DNA from: Minisyncoccia bacterium
GTDB taxonomy: Bacteria > Patescibacteriota > Minisyncoccia > Phycocordibacterales > UBA9973
DNA: 59,172 bases
Direction of reading: 5' to 3'
NCBI GenBank assembly: GCA_038249055.1
Contig: JBBRWS010000007.1
Span: 1 to 59,172 of the forward strand
Below are positions 46,642-56,203 of the stretch, piece after piece. Each line of letters starts with the position of its first letter. Position 1 is the stretch's first letter. The notes beneath the pieces were generated by a model. It did no database searches. It saw only the letters and a list, made by a program, of their open reading frames with translations, and was not told where the DNA came from. The position numbers and the translations under genes were made by a program.

Positions 46642-48276
46642 TTACAATGAAAGATATTCACTAATAGTTTGATTCTTTTCTATTATTTCTTTTGCTTTTT
46701 CTATGCCCACATAGCGATAATGCCAAGGTTCAGATTTATAACCGGTAATATTTTCTTTACCTTCTGGATAACTTTGAATGAAACCATAAAGATGTGCTTT
46801 ACCTCGAAGCCAAATATTTAGAGGTGCATCAGCACTGTTTATTTTAGGATATTCAGCTAGATCAACTGCAGTTCCTAGTTGGTGTTCAGAGTAACCTGGT
46901 TTTGCCATGGAAATTAAAATATTTTCTTCATTATTTTTCAAAGCATCAGAAAACATATTTTTTTGAGTTTCATAACTTCTAAATCCTGATATTGCTTTTA
47001 TCACGTATCCTTCATTTTTGGCATCTTCTGTCATAGACTCGAACGAATCTTTAGCCTCTTTTATTAAACAAATGTCGTTTCTTGCGCTTGATTCCAAATT
47101 TAATTCTCTTAAATTTTTAGGAATATATCCTATATCTTCAAGTCCAACTTCTTGCCCTATATTTAATAAAGACATATCTAAATATTCTTTATCGGGTTCT
47201 GGACAAATGTCTTTTATTTCTTCATCTTTTTTTTCTATTTCTTCCTTATTAAAAATTCCTTCCGGCTGAAATTTTTTATTTAAAGTAATTATTTTTTGTT
47301 CTGTTTCTATTAAATTTTTTCCATCATATTTAACAGAAAAAAACATTCCACGCATAGTATCTTTTGAAAAATATTGATCAAAAATAAAGTTTCCTAAGGA
47401 GTAAACAATAGTTTTACCTTTGTATTCTTCGATATCTTCCATTACATGAGGATGGTGTCCTATTATCATATCAGCACCATTGTCTATTGCACTGTGTGCT
47501 AAATTTTCTTGACGGCTATTATGCACAAGTTTATATTCATCTCCAAAATGAATTGAAACAATGAGCACGTCACATTTTGTTTTGGCATTTATTATAATTT
47601 CTTCAAACCGAGGGTCACTAGCTAGTAATATGCCCGGAGTATTTTTCTTTGCTTCTATCCAATTTGGTCCTACGTCTGAAAAACCCAAAAAACCAAATTT
47701 AATTTCATTTTTTTCTATTATAGTTGGGTTCTCTACATCTTCTTTGTTGATACCTGCTCCAGTTTTTAAAATTTCATTTTCTTCTAATCTAGATAAGGTA
47801 TCTTCAAATGCATCAGTATTCCAATCACCAACATGGTTATTTGCAAAAGAAACAATGTCAAATCCGGCATCTTTTAATATTGGTAAAACCTGGGGATCCA
47901 TTCTAAAAGAATATTTACTTCCCACATTATTTCCTACATCTGATACATCTCCTTCAAGGTTTCCAAATAAAATATCAGAATCTTTTAGAATACCAAGGTT
48001 TTCAAATAGTTTACTAAAATCTCCACTAAAATTTTTATCAACAGAATTTTTTACTCCACGTGTAAGCATCATATCCCCAACAAAAAATAGAGTAGTAATT
48101 TTTTTTTCAGGTATAACAATTTCTTTTTTTTCGTATTCAAATGCATCTATTGCTGAAGCAGTTTGTTGACCTGGTTTTAGATTGTATAGTTTATTTATAG
48201 AAAATATACCAACAGTAAAAAATATTACTGAAATAAATAACGATATTAAAATTATTTTAATATTTTGATGATTCAT
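46642..48276 (-). CDS. CapA (PGA_cap metallophosphatase-like) domain fused to VanY/M15B D-Ala-D-Ala carboxypeptidase domain
   Basis: N-part FFVGDMMLTRG, SFANNHVGDW, GHHPHV; C-part SGFRSYETQ, SEHQLGTAVD, EPWHYRYVG. Confidence 0.75.
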   Translation of the reverse strand: MNHQNIKIILISLFISVIFFTVGIFSINKLYNLKPGQQTASAIDAFEYEKKEIVIPEKKITTLFFVGDMMLTRGVKNSVDKNFSGDFSKLFENLGILKDSDILFGNLEGDVSDVGNNVGSKYSFRMDPQVLPILKDAGFDIVSFANNHVGDWNTDAFEDTLSRLEENEILKTGAGINKEDVENPTIIEKNEIKFGFLGFSDVGPNWIEAKKNTPGILLASDPRFEEIIINAKTKCDVLIVSIHFGDEYKLVHNSRQENLAHSAIDNGADMIIGHHPHVMEDIEEYKGKTIVYSLGNFIFDQYFSKDTMRGMFFSVKYDGKNLIETEQKIITLNKKFQPEGIFNKEEIEKKDEEIKDICPEPDKEYLDMSLLNIGQEVGLEDIGYIPKNLRELNLESSARNDICLIKEAKDSFESMTEDAKNEGYVIKAISGFRSYETQKNMFSDALKNNEENILISMAKPGYSEHQLGTAVDLAEYPKINSADAPLNIWLRGKAHLYGFIQSYPEGKENITGYKSEPWHYRYVGIEKAKEIIEKNQTISEYLSL

Positions 48277-48282
48277 CCAGAA

Positions 48283-50217
48283 TTATTTTATTTCGTAATC
48301 AATAGTTTTTTTATTCATATCAGCATTTTTAACCACAAATTTTATAGTGTCACCAAATGTATATTTTTTATGAGTTTTCTTTCCTTTTATACTCATTCCT
48401 TCTTTATCAAAAGTATAAAAATCATCTTTTAGGTCTCTCATTCGAACCATCCCTTCGCATTTAGTTTTTTTATCCTCTATATATAAGCCCCATTCTGTTA
48501 CCCCAGTAATTATTCCTTCGTACTTTTCACCTATACGACTAGACATATATTCTACTTGTTTATATTTGATAGATGCTCGTTCTGCATCAGCAGCTTCTTT
48601 TTCTCGCAACGATGCATCTTGGCTTATTTTCTCGTATTCAAACCACTTTTCTTTTGGAATAGCTTTATTTTCCAAAAAATCAGAAAGTAGACGATGAACT
48701 ATAACGTCAGGGTATCTTCTGATAGGGGAAGTAAAATGAGTATAATATTTAAAACCAAGACCGTAATGACCTATATTTTTAGTTGAATAAATAGCTTTTG
48801 CCATTGTTCGAATAATCGCGCTATTAATAGTATTACGCATTGGGCTATGTTCAAGTTTTCCAATCAAGATATTCATTTCTTTTGAGGGAATTACTCCGTT
48901 TTTTAAAATAACTTTATAACCAAGTCTTTTCAAGAATGCTGCTAAGTCTCGTATTTTATCTTTATTTGGTAAATCATGAACTCTATACAAGAAGACTCCA
49001 CCTACTCCCGGCTTTTTACTAGACATATATTCAGCTACACGACGATTGGCCAGAAGCATAAACTCCTCGACTAATTTATTTGTATCACCACGTACTTTAG
49101 TATAAACAGAGATCGGAACACCTTCTTTGTTTAATTCAAATTTAACCTCGTCTTGCTCAAGAGAAATAGCCCCTTCATCAAAACGTTTTTTCAAAAGTTT
49201 TTTTGCTACATTATTTAAAATTGAAAGTTCTTCAAAAAGTATTCCACTTTTATTATCTAAAACCTTTTGAGCTTCTTCATAGCTAAATCTTTTATCTGAA
49301 TGAATGATAGTTCTGCCAAACCATTCATTGTGGATTGTACCCATTTTATCTAATTCAAAAATAGCTGAAAATGTTAATCTATCAACGCGCTCATTTAAAC
49401 TACATATTCCATTAGAGAGTTCTTCTGGAAGCATAGGGATAGTGCGGTCTACCAAATATACAGAAGTTCCTCTGTGATTGGCTTCAATATCTAATTCAGT
49501 GCCTAATCTTACATAATGAGATACATCTGCAATGTGAATACCAATTTCATAATTTTCATTTGGGAGTTTTTTTAACGATATTGCATCATCGAAATCTTTT
49601 GCATCAATTGGATCTATTGTGAAAGTAGTAATATTTCTCATGTCTCGTCTATTTTTTATATCATCTGCAGTAATACCAATATGAGAAATACTTTGAGCTT
49701 CTTTTAAAATAGAAGGAATAAAACTTGCATTGAATCCTTTTTCAAGTGCGATAGCTTCCATTTCCGCATTATTTTCCATTGGCATTCCTAATATTTTTTC
49801 AATTTTTCCTACAGGAGCTTTTTTTGCATCTTTCCAATCAGTAATAATTACAAAAACTTTTTGCCCTATTTTTGCTCCATTTAAATTATTTTCTGGAATT
49901 ATAATATCAGAATACATTTTCAAATCAGAAGGAATAAGAAAATATATATCATTCTCTTTTTCTAATACTCCCGCGTATCCTTTTTTTGAACGATTAAGTA
50001 TGGCTGTAACTTCTCCGCTTAAAGTCCCATCTCTTTTTTTAGGATGCAACAATACGGCAACTGTATCGCCATTACAAGCAGTTCGGAGAAAACTATGGTC
50101 GATTTCTACTATTTCATCTCCTCCACCAATACGAACGGACCCAGTACCGCGGGCGGATATGTTTATGATGCCTTCAATATGGCGGTCAGAATGTTTATTT
50201 TTAGTATGTTCTTTCAT
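48283..50217 (-). CDS. rnr: Ribonuclease R (RNase II family)
   Basis: FTIDPIDAKDFDDAISL, RNB core, C-terminal S1 domain. Confidence 0.9.
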   Translation of the reverse strand: MKEHTKNKHSDRHIEGIINISARGTGSVRIGGGDEIVEIDHSFLRTACNGDTVAVLLHPKKRDGTLSGEVTAILNRSKKGYAGVLEKENDIYFLIPSDLKMYSDIIIPENNLNGAKIGQKVFVIITDWKDAKKAPVGKIEKILGMPMENNAEMEAIALEKGFNASFIPSILKEAQSISHIGITADDIKNRRDMRNITTFTIDPIDAKDFDDAISLKKLPNENYEIGIHIADVSHYVRLGTELDIEANHRGTSVYLVDRTIPMLPEELSNGICSLNERVDRLTFSAIFELDKMGTIHNEWFGRTIIHSDKRFSYEEAQKVLDNKSGILFEELSILNNVAKKLLKKRFDEGAISLEQDEVKFELNKEGVPISVYTKVRGDTNKLVEEFMLLANRRVAEYMSSKKPGVGGVFLYRVHDLPNKDKIRDLAAFLKRLGYKVILKNGVIPSKEMNILIGKLEHSPMRNTINSAIIRTMAKAIYSTKNIGHYGLGFKYYTHFTSPIRRYPDVIVHRLLSDFLENKAIPKEKWFEYEKISQDASLREKEAADAERASIKYKQVEYMSSRIGEKYEGIITGVTEWGLYIEDKKTKCEGMVRMRDLKDDFYTFDKEGMSIKGKKTHKKYTFGDTIKFVVKNADMNKKTIDYEIK

Positions 50218-50362
50218 CTCGTTAGAGATAGGAAGTCATTAGACTTCCGTATCTTATTAATTTTTATTTTATAATATGAATATTATAAGTATTCTAGTTT
50301 CCTGTTAGTATATAACATACGCATCTCTAACGGGATTCATAATCGGATTATAGCATAAAACC

Positions 50363-50391
50363 TTGATTAATATATTAGGCTGTGGTAGTAT
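50363..50391 (+). promoter_or_regulatory. Promoter ttgatt-N17-(tgg)tagtat, -10 ends 6 nt before rpsP ATG
   Basis: Hexamers and spacing measured. Confidence 0.55.
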
Positions 50392-50397
50392 GACGCT

Positions 50398-50700
50398 ATG
50401 TTAAAGATAAGACTACAAAGAATAGGGCGCAAAAATGATCCAGCTTTTCGGGTTCTTTTGACAGATTCAAAAAATTCTGCAAAGAGTGGTAAATTTTTAG
50501 AAATCCTAGGTTCATATAATTTGAAAAAAGGTGAGGTATTATTCAAGCAAGACCGCGTATCTTATTGGATTGGTCAAGGAGCACAGGTATCTGATACAGT
50601 TCACAATTTCCTTGTTCATCAAAAGTTGATTCCTGGTAAAAAGAAGAATGTTTTATCAAAGAAAACTCCAACTAAAGCTCGCAAAGAACTTAAAAAATAA
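50398..50700 (+). CDS. rpsP: 30S ribosomal protein S16
   Basis: MLKIRLQRIGRKNDPAFRV start. Confidence 0.9.
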   Translation: MLKIRLQRIGRKNDPAFRVLLTDSKNSAKSGKFLEILGSYNLKKGEVLFKQDRVSYWIGQGAQVSDTVHNFLVHQKLIPGKKKNVLSKKTPTKARKELKK

Positions 50701-50712
50701 TTAAATTTAAAT

Positions 50713-50744
50713 AAAACACCACAAGCCTTGCTTGTGGTGTTTTA
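50713..50744 (+). terminator. Rho-independent terminator after rpsP
   Basis: aaaacaccacaag/cttgtggtgtttt. Confidence 0.7.
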
Positions 50745-50843
50745 TTATTGCAAAGAAAAAGAATATTATGATATAATCAAAAATAGAGCAGTTTGTAGTC
50801 GGTACACTGCGAAAGAATTTAAGAATAATACTTTAAAAGATAT

Positions 50844-51185
50844 ATGGCAGATGATAAAGCATTTTTAGAATACATTGTGAAAGCCTTGGTTGATAATCCA
50901 GATGATGTGAAAATCGATCGTACAGTAGATGAGATGGGAGTATTAATAACCATGACAGTTAACTCTGCAGATATGGGTAAAATTATTGGTCGCCAAGGAA
51001 ATACAGCAAAGGCAATCAGAACTTTACTTAGAGTTATTGGTATGAAAAACAATGCTCGTGTTAACCTAAAGATTAATGAACCAGAAGGTGGCAGAATTGA
51101 AACAGTTACTGAACAACCTACAATGACAGCAAGTGAAGCATCAAAATCAGTAGATGCAGCGCTTGATGACCTTAAGGGTATCTAG
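50844..51185 (+). CDS. KH domain RNA-binding protein (YlqC/UPF0109 family) with C-terminal extension
   Basis: KALVDNPDDV...MGKIIGRQGNTAKAIRTLL (GxxG KH motif). Confidence 0.85.
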   Translation: MADDKAFLEYIVKALVDNPDDVKIDRTVDEMGVLITMTVNSADMGKIIGRQGNTAKAIRTLLRVIGMKNNARVNLKINEPEGGRIETVTEQPTMTASEASKSVDAALDDLKGI

Positions 51186-51187
51186 AG

Positions 51188-51223
51188 ATAATTACGAATT
51201 AAAAATTAATAATTACGAATTAA
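51188..51223 (+). repeat. Two exact copies of ataattacgaattaa in the 3' UTR
   Basis: 51188-51202 and 51209-51223; same 15-mer at 38213-38227. Confidence 0.7.
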
Positions 51224-51257
51224 AGAAAAGCCTCAACCTTCGTTTGAGGCTTTTCTT
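51222..51257 (+). terminator. Rho-independent terminator
   Basis: agaaaagcctcaa/ttgaggcttttct. Confidence 0.7.
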
Positions 51258-51258
51258 G

Positions 51259-51267
51259 TGCTAGTAT
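51259..51267 (+). promoter_or_regulatory. Extended -10 (tgctagtat) directly upstream of the inverted-repeat element
   Basis: TGnTAGTAT between a terminator and the structured element. Confidence 0.4.
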
Positions 51268-51284
51268 GTAAATTAAAGATGAAC

Positions 51285-51429
51285 TATTGGAATCAGACAA
51301 AGTCTTATGAGTAATGGTCTGGCCGAGCTTCCATCTTTGAAAAAGAATATATTGGCGAGGAGATCCGAGGACCTTACGAATACCCAGTAGGTCATTTTAC
51401 TAAATGAGGAGCTTTGTCTGATTCCAATA
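51285..51429 (+). ncRNA. 145-nt element closed by a perfect 18-bp inverted repeat (candidate sRNA or MITE-like element)
   Basis: tattggaatcagacaaag (51285-51302) / ctttgtctgattccaata (51412-51429); contains the dispersed 26-nt motif (minus orientation) and atccgaggacctt; T-run follows. Confidence 0.35.
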
Positions 51430-51461
51430 TTTTTTAATTATTCTAATAAATATTTTTTTAA

Positions 51462-52205
51462 ATGCATTTTCACATTATAACTTTATTTCCAGAGATGTTC
51501 GGCTCATATTTAAATGAGTCTATTTTAGGGCGGGCAATTAAAGAAAAAAAAATCAAAGTTACTTTTATTAATCCACGTAAATTTGTAACTGGTAAATATA
51601 AAAAAGTTTGGCCAGACGGAAATGTGTCACTTCAAGTAGATGATAGACCTTATGGTGGTGGTCCTGGTATGGTAATGCGAGCTGAGCCTATAATTAAAGC
51701 AGTAGAAAATGTACAAGCTACGATTCTTAAACGATTTTTAAAGTCCTCGGACGAGGGTAAACGAGGGGCCAGACTTGAAAAATCGTTTAAGAATCTTCGC
51801 CCAAGGGTGTTAATCGTGAATTTTGTTCCAAGTGCAGAAAAATTTGATACCAAAATGGCTAAAACTTTTTCACATAAATATACAGACATAATTATGATTT
51901 GTGGTAGATATGAGGGAATAGATGCTCGTGTAGATAAAATTCTTAAAACTAAAAAGATTTCAATAGGGGATTATGTACTAACCGGTGGAGAAATTCCAGC
52001 CATGATATTGGTGGATTCTATTTCTCGTCAAATAGAGGGGGTGCTAGGTAACTTTAATTCCCGTGAAGAAGAGAGGGTTTCTTCAAGTGAAATATACACT
52101 CGCCCAGAAATTTTAGTTCATAATAAAAAGAAATATAAGGTACCTCCCGTTTTATTATCTGGGCATCAAAAAAATATTGAAGAGTGGAAAAATAGAACAA
52201 TATAG
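51462..52205 (+). CDS. trmD: tRNA (guanine37-N1)-methyltransferase with ~30-aa internal insertion
   Basis: FHIITLFPEMF, RPYGGGPGMVM, CGRYEGIDARV, GDYVLTGGE. Confidence 0.9.
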   Translation: MHFHIITLFPEMFGSYLNESILGRAIKEKKIKVTFINPRKFVTGKYKKVWPDGNVSLQVDDRPYGGGPGMVMRAEPIIKAVENVQATILKRFLKSSDEGKRGARLEKSFKNLRPRVLIVNFVPSAEKFDTKMAKTFSHKYTDIIMICGRYEGIDARVDKILKTKKISIGDYVLTGGEIPAMILVDSISRQIEGVLGNFNSREEERVSSSEIYTRPEILVHNKKKYKVPPVLLSGHQKNIEEWKNRTI

Positions 52206-52302
52206 TAAATATTTGAAGCGTTTTATATATTTAATTTCTATATAATATTGACATTTTTGATAAAATTTGTTTTAATATACAAAATTTGTAAAATTATAGA
52301 AC

Positions 52303-52770
52303 ATGAAAGATAAATTGAAGTTGATTTATGATGAGCCGATTACAATTGGTTTTCCTTCTCTAGAGGAATCCAAAGATCTAATTGAGGAAAGGTGGGGTAA
52401 AAATGTTTTATCTCATAATTCAGTTTATATCCCTAAAATTGGAGACAAACTAAAACTCTTTGGGCCAGTTAAAAATAAATGTCCGCACTCAAATGAGTTT
52501 GTTCACTTTGTTCAGCACAAAGGTTTATTTCTTCCCAACGCTTATGGTTTAATTATCGTTGAAAGTCTAGACTCTGTATGTGATTTTATTAAAGCCGGTA
52601 CTTTTTTGATGGGGATTGACGATAAAAGGAATTTATCATTTGAAAAGCATTATGGTCATGTAGTTCCAGTTTTGCTAAAAAATGGCCGTAATTCTTATGA
52701 ATATCTTAAGTTACCATGGGCGATGGTATTAGAAGCTGATGAAATATTCCCGGCATTTGAACCTTCCTAA
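52303..52770 (+). CDS. Hypothetical protein (155 aa)
   Basis: Clean ORF with downstream terminator; no family recognised. Confidence 0.45.
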   Translation: MKDKLKLIYDEPITIGFPSLEESKDLIEERWGKNVLSHNSVYIPKIGDKLKLFGPVKNKCPHSNEFVHFVQHKGLFLPNAYGLIIVESLDSVCDFIKAGTFLMGIDDKRNLSFEKHYGHVVPVLLKNGRNSYEYLKLPWAMVLEADEIFPAFEPS

Positions 52771-52783
52771 AAATGAAATTTTG

Positions 52784-52812
52784 AAAATCCGCGTCCTTGG
52801 GCGCGGATTTTT
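52784..52812 (+). terminator. Rho-independent terminator
   Basis: aaatccgcg...cgcggattt hairpin plus T-run. Confidence 0.7.
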
Positions 52813-53009
52813 TGACTCTATTTGACAAAATAGCTTAAATAGTATAGGATGATACCCAGATTGAACAGATTGAGTTATGGCAAATCAATCACTCGTTTTA
52901 TAAGTTTTTAACTACGCTTGTGTTAAAAAATATCATTGCCAACAATTATAAATAGAAAATAATACCGAGGTTTGGTCACCTTTGTTTTTTCTAGTTTTTA
53001 TATATTATT

Positions 53010-56000
53010 ATGAAAAAAACAGCTACACGAGAGAAGAAGTATTTTGCGCGTTACAAGAAGCCATTAGTTCCGTTTCCAAATCTTATAGAAAATCAGTTGG
53101 TTTCTTTCAACTGGTTAATAGAAAGTGGTTTGAAGGAAGTTTTTAAGGAATTTTCTCCTATTAATGATTATTCAGAAAAGAAATTTCAATTGGACTTTAC
53201 TTCATTTTCTCTAGGAGAATCTAAATTTGATGAAGAGTATACAAAAATCAACAAGCTAACTTACGAAGGTGGCCTTAAAGCTCGCGTTAAACTTTTAAAT
53301 AAAAGTATAGGTACTTCAAAAGAGCAAGAAATTTTTATGGCAGATGTTCCTTTAATGACCAAACATGGAACATTTATCATAAACGGAGTTGAACGTGTTA
53401 TCGTTCCTCAATTAACAAGAAGTTTTGGAGTATTTTTTACAGAACAAGAATTAAAAGCAAAAAGATTTTTCGGAGCAAAAATAATTCCTGCTCGTGGGGT
53501 CTGGATAGAAATTGAATCAGATACTGATGGTGCTATATATGTACGTGTAGACAAGAAAAGAAAGTTTTCAGTTACTTCACTTCTTCGTGTTCTAGGACTC
53601 GATAAAGATGAAGCAATACTTAAAGCTTTTGATGATAACGAAGAATCTTTAAAGGCCATCAAGATTTCTCTTGAAAAGGATCCTGCAAAAACTATTTCTG
53701 ATTCATTTATTGAAATATATAAACGTCTTCGTGATGGAGATTTAGCAACAGCTGATAATGCTCGTGAGTTTATTACAATATTACTTTCAAGTGAGAGATA
53801 TGACCTTTCTCCTGTTGGACGTTTTCGTTTTAATAAGCGTTTTGAAAAGAGTATGGATGATAAAGAAATGGAACGCCGCACTATTTCCGCAGATGATATT
53901 GTAACTATTGTTAATAATATAATTTTATTAAACAATGATTTACACTCAAAAGCTGATGATATTGACCATTTGGGTCAACGTCGAGTTCGTTATGTTGGAG
54001 AAATGATTCAACAAAAATTCCGAATGGGTATGTCTCAAATAAAGAGAAATATTCAAGACCGTATGTCTACTATAGATGTAGGAACAACACTTCCAATACA
54101 AATAATAAATCAACGCCCACTTCAAGCTCGTATTAAAGAATTTTTTACTGCGAACCAACTTTCACAATTCATGAACCAAGAAAATGTTATGGCGGAAGTA
54201 GAACACTTACGTACTTTATCTGCACTTGGACCTGGAGGATTAACTCGTGAACGTGCTGGTCTTGAAGTTCGTGACGTACACACATCTCACTATGGACGTG
54301 TTTGTCCAATCCATACACCTGAAGGTCCAAACATTGGTTTGATTCTTCACCTTTCAACTTATGCCAAAATAAACGAATTTGGAATAATCGAAACTCCATA
54401 CGTAAAAGTTAAAAATGGAAAAATAACTTCCGAAGTTGTTTATTTAAATGCGCTTGAAGAAGAAAAATATAACATTGCTCATGCCGGAGTTGACTATGAT
54501 GAGAAGGGTAATATTTTAGAAGATAAAGTTGAAGCTCGTCTTAAAACAAAACCAGGCATGATTGCAAAAGAAGAGATAGATTTTATTGATGTAGCTACAA
54601 ACCAAGCTTTCTCTGTAGCCACTTCGATGATTCCTTTCTTGGAACATGATGATGCTCACAGAACACTCATGGGAAGTAACATGCAGAAACAGGCTCTTCC
54701 TTGTATTATTCCTGAAGCACCATTGGTTGCCACTGGTATGGAAGAATTAGCAAGTCGTGATTCTGGACGTCTAGTTATATCTGAAGTAAATGGAGTTATT
54801 TCATATGTAGATGCTAAAAAAATAACAGTCAAAGATGACAAAGATAAAGATCATACATATCCATTAATTAATTTTTCTAGAACAAACAACTTTTCAATAT
54901 TCCACCAACGTCCAAGTGTGTCTTTGGGAGATAAAATAAAAAAAGGTGATGTTTTAGCCGATACTAGTACTACAGACCGTGGACAAATTGCATTGGGACA
55001 AAATGTTCTTATTGGATTTATGTCATGGGGTGGAGCAAACTATGAAGATGCTATAATTCTATCTGAAAAATTAGTTAAACAAAGTAAATTTACAAGTATT
55101 TATGTTACTGAGTTCGTTTGTAATGTTCGTGATACAAAACTTGGACCTGAAATAACTACTCGTGATATTCCTAACGTGGGTGAAAATAAATTAAAAGATC
55201 TTGATGAAGATGGAATCATTGTAGTAGGTGCTGAAGTTAAAGAAAATGATATTTTAGTTGGAAAGATTACTCCAAAAGGAGAAACAGAACTTACTCCAGA
55301 AGAAAGACTACTTCGTTCTATCTTTACTGAAAAAGCACGCGATGTTAAAGATACATCACTACGACTTGAGCATGGTAAACAAGGAAGAATCATTGGAGTA
55401 AAAATATTCTCACGCGATCAAGGACACAATCTTGAGTCAGGTATTATAAAAAGAATAATTGTTGAAATCGCACAGCTAAGAAATATTTCTGTTGGAGATA
55501 AACTTTCAGGACGTCATGGAAACAAAGGTGTTATTTCCGTTATTTTGCCAGAAGAAGAAATGCCATTTATGGCAGATGGTACTGCAATAGATATTATTCT
55601 TACTCCGCTTGGTGTTCCTTCTCGTATGAACTTGGGACAGATTCTTGAAATGCATTTAGGATACGCTGCTCACACACTTGGGTATCAAGCTATCGTTCCT
55701 TCTTTCTCTTCAGCAACAGTTCCTGAAATTAAAGCTGAGTTAGTAAAAGCAGGACTTCCAGAAAGTGGAAAAGTTACACTATATGATGGACGTACAGGAG
55801 ATGCTTTTGACCAAGATGTAGCAATCGGTTATATGTATATGCTCAAACTTCACCACATGGTAGAAGATAAATTGCACATGCGTTCTATTGGACCTTACTC
55901 ATTAATCACACAGCAACCTCTAGGTGGTAAAGCACAAGGAGGAGGACAGCGTTTTGGAGAAATGGAAGTATGGGCTCTTGAAGGACATGGTGCTGCTTAT

Positions 56001-56183
56001 ACACTTCGTGAAATGTTAACAATTAAGTCTGATGATATTGTTGGTCGTTCACAGACATTTGATGCCATTATTAAAGGTCACCCAATCGGTGAACCAAATG
56101 TTCCCGCATCGTTTAATGTTTTATTAAATTACTTGAGAGGTCTAGCATTAGATGTTGATCTTAAAAAGTTAGGGAACGATTAA
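53010..56183 (+). CDS. rpoB: DNA-directed RNA polymerase subunit beta (compact, 1057 aa)
   Basis: Conserved blocks incl. GPGGLTRERAG, HYGRVCPI.TPEGPNIGL, GRHGNKGV, GGQRFGEMEVWALE. Confidence 0.95.
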   Translation: MKKTATREKKYFARYKKPLVPFPNLIENQLVSFNWLIESGLKEVFKEFSPINDYSEKKFQLDFTSFSLGESKFDEEYTKINKLTYEGGLKARVKLLNKSIGTSKEQEIFMADVPLMTKHGTFIINGVERVIVPQLTRSFGVFFTEQELKAKRFFGAKIIPARGVWIEIESDTDGAIYVRVDKKRKFSVTSLLRVLGLDKDEAILKAFDDNEESLKAIKISLEKDPAKTISDSFIEIYKRLRDGDLATADNAREFITILLSSERYDLSPVGRFRFNKRFEKSMDDKEMERRTISADDIVTIVNNIILLNNDLHSKADDIDHLGQRRVRYVGEMIQQKFRMGMSQIKRNIQDRMSTIDVGTTLPIQIINQRPLQARIKEFFTANQLSQFMNQENVMAEVEHLRTLSALGPGGLTRERAGLEVRDVHTSHYGRVCPIHTPEGPNIGLILHLSTYAKINEFGIIETPYVKVKNGKITSEVVYLNALEEEKYNIAHAGVDYDEKGNILEDKVEARLKTKPGMIAKEEIDFIDVATNQAFSVATSMIPFLEHDDAHRTLMGSNMQKQALPCIIPEAPLVATGMEELASRDSGRLVISEVNGVISYVDAKKITVKDDKDKDHTYPLINFSRTNNFSIFHQRPSVSLGDKIKKGDVLADTSTTDRGQIALGQNVLIGFMSWGGANYEDAIILSEKLVKQSKFTSIYVTEFVCNVRDTKLGPEITTRDIPNVGENKLKDLDEDGIIVVGAEVKENDILVGKITPKGETELTPEERLLRSIFTEKARDVKDTSLRLEHGKQGRIIGVKIFSRDQGHNLESGIIKRIIVEIAQLRNISVGDKLSGRHGNKGVISVILPEEEMPFMADGTAIDIILTPLGVPSRMNLGQILEMHLGYAAHTLGYQAIVPSFSSATVPEIKAELVKAGLPESGKVTLYDGRTGDAFDQDVAIGYMYMLKLHHMVEDKLHMRSIGPYSLITQQPLGGKAQGGGQRFGEMEVWALEGHGAAYTLREMLTIKSDDIVGRSQTFDAIIKGHPIGEPNVPASFNVLLNYLRGLALDVDLKKLGND

Positions 56184-56203
56184 TAGCTTAAATATCTAAT
56201 ATT

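Noticed and set aside
47561-48169. Long antisense ORFs inside conserved genes (47561-48169, 49730-50242, 53408-53935, 44690-45169, 36242-36667, 37898-38170)
   Set aside because: Each lies opposite a well-supported conserved CDS. The translations are low-complexity (Ser/Phe/Ile-rich) and have no motifs. Such stop-free antisense frames are expected from the codon bias of an AT-rich genome.
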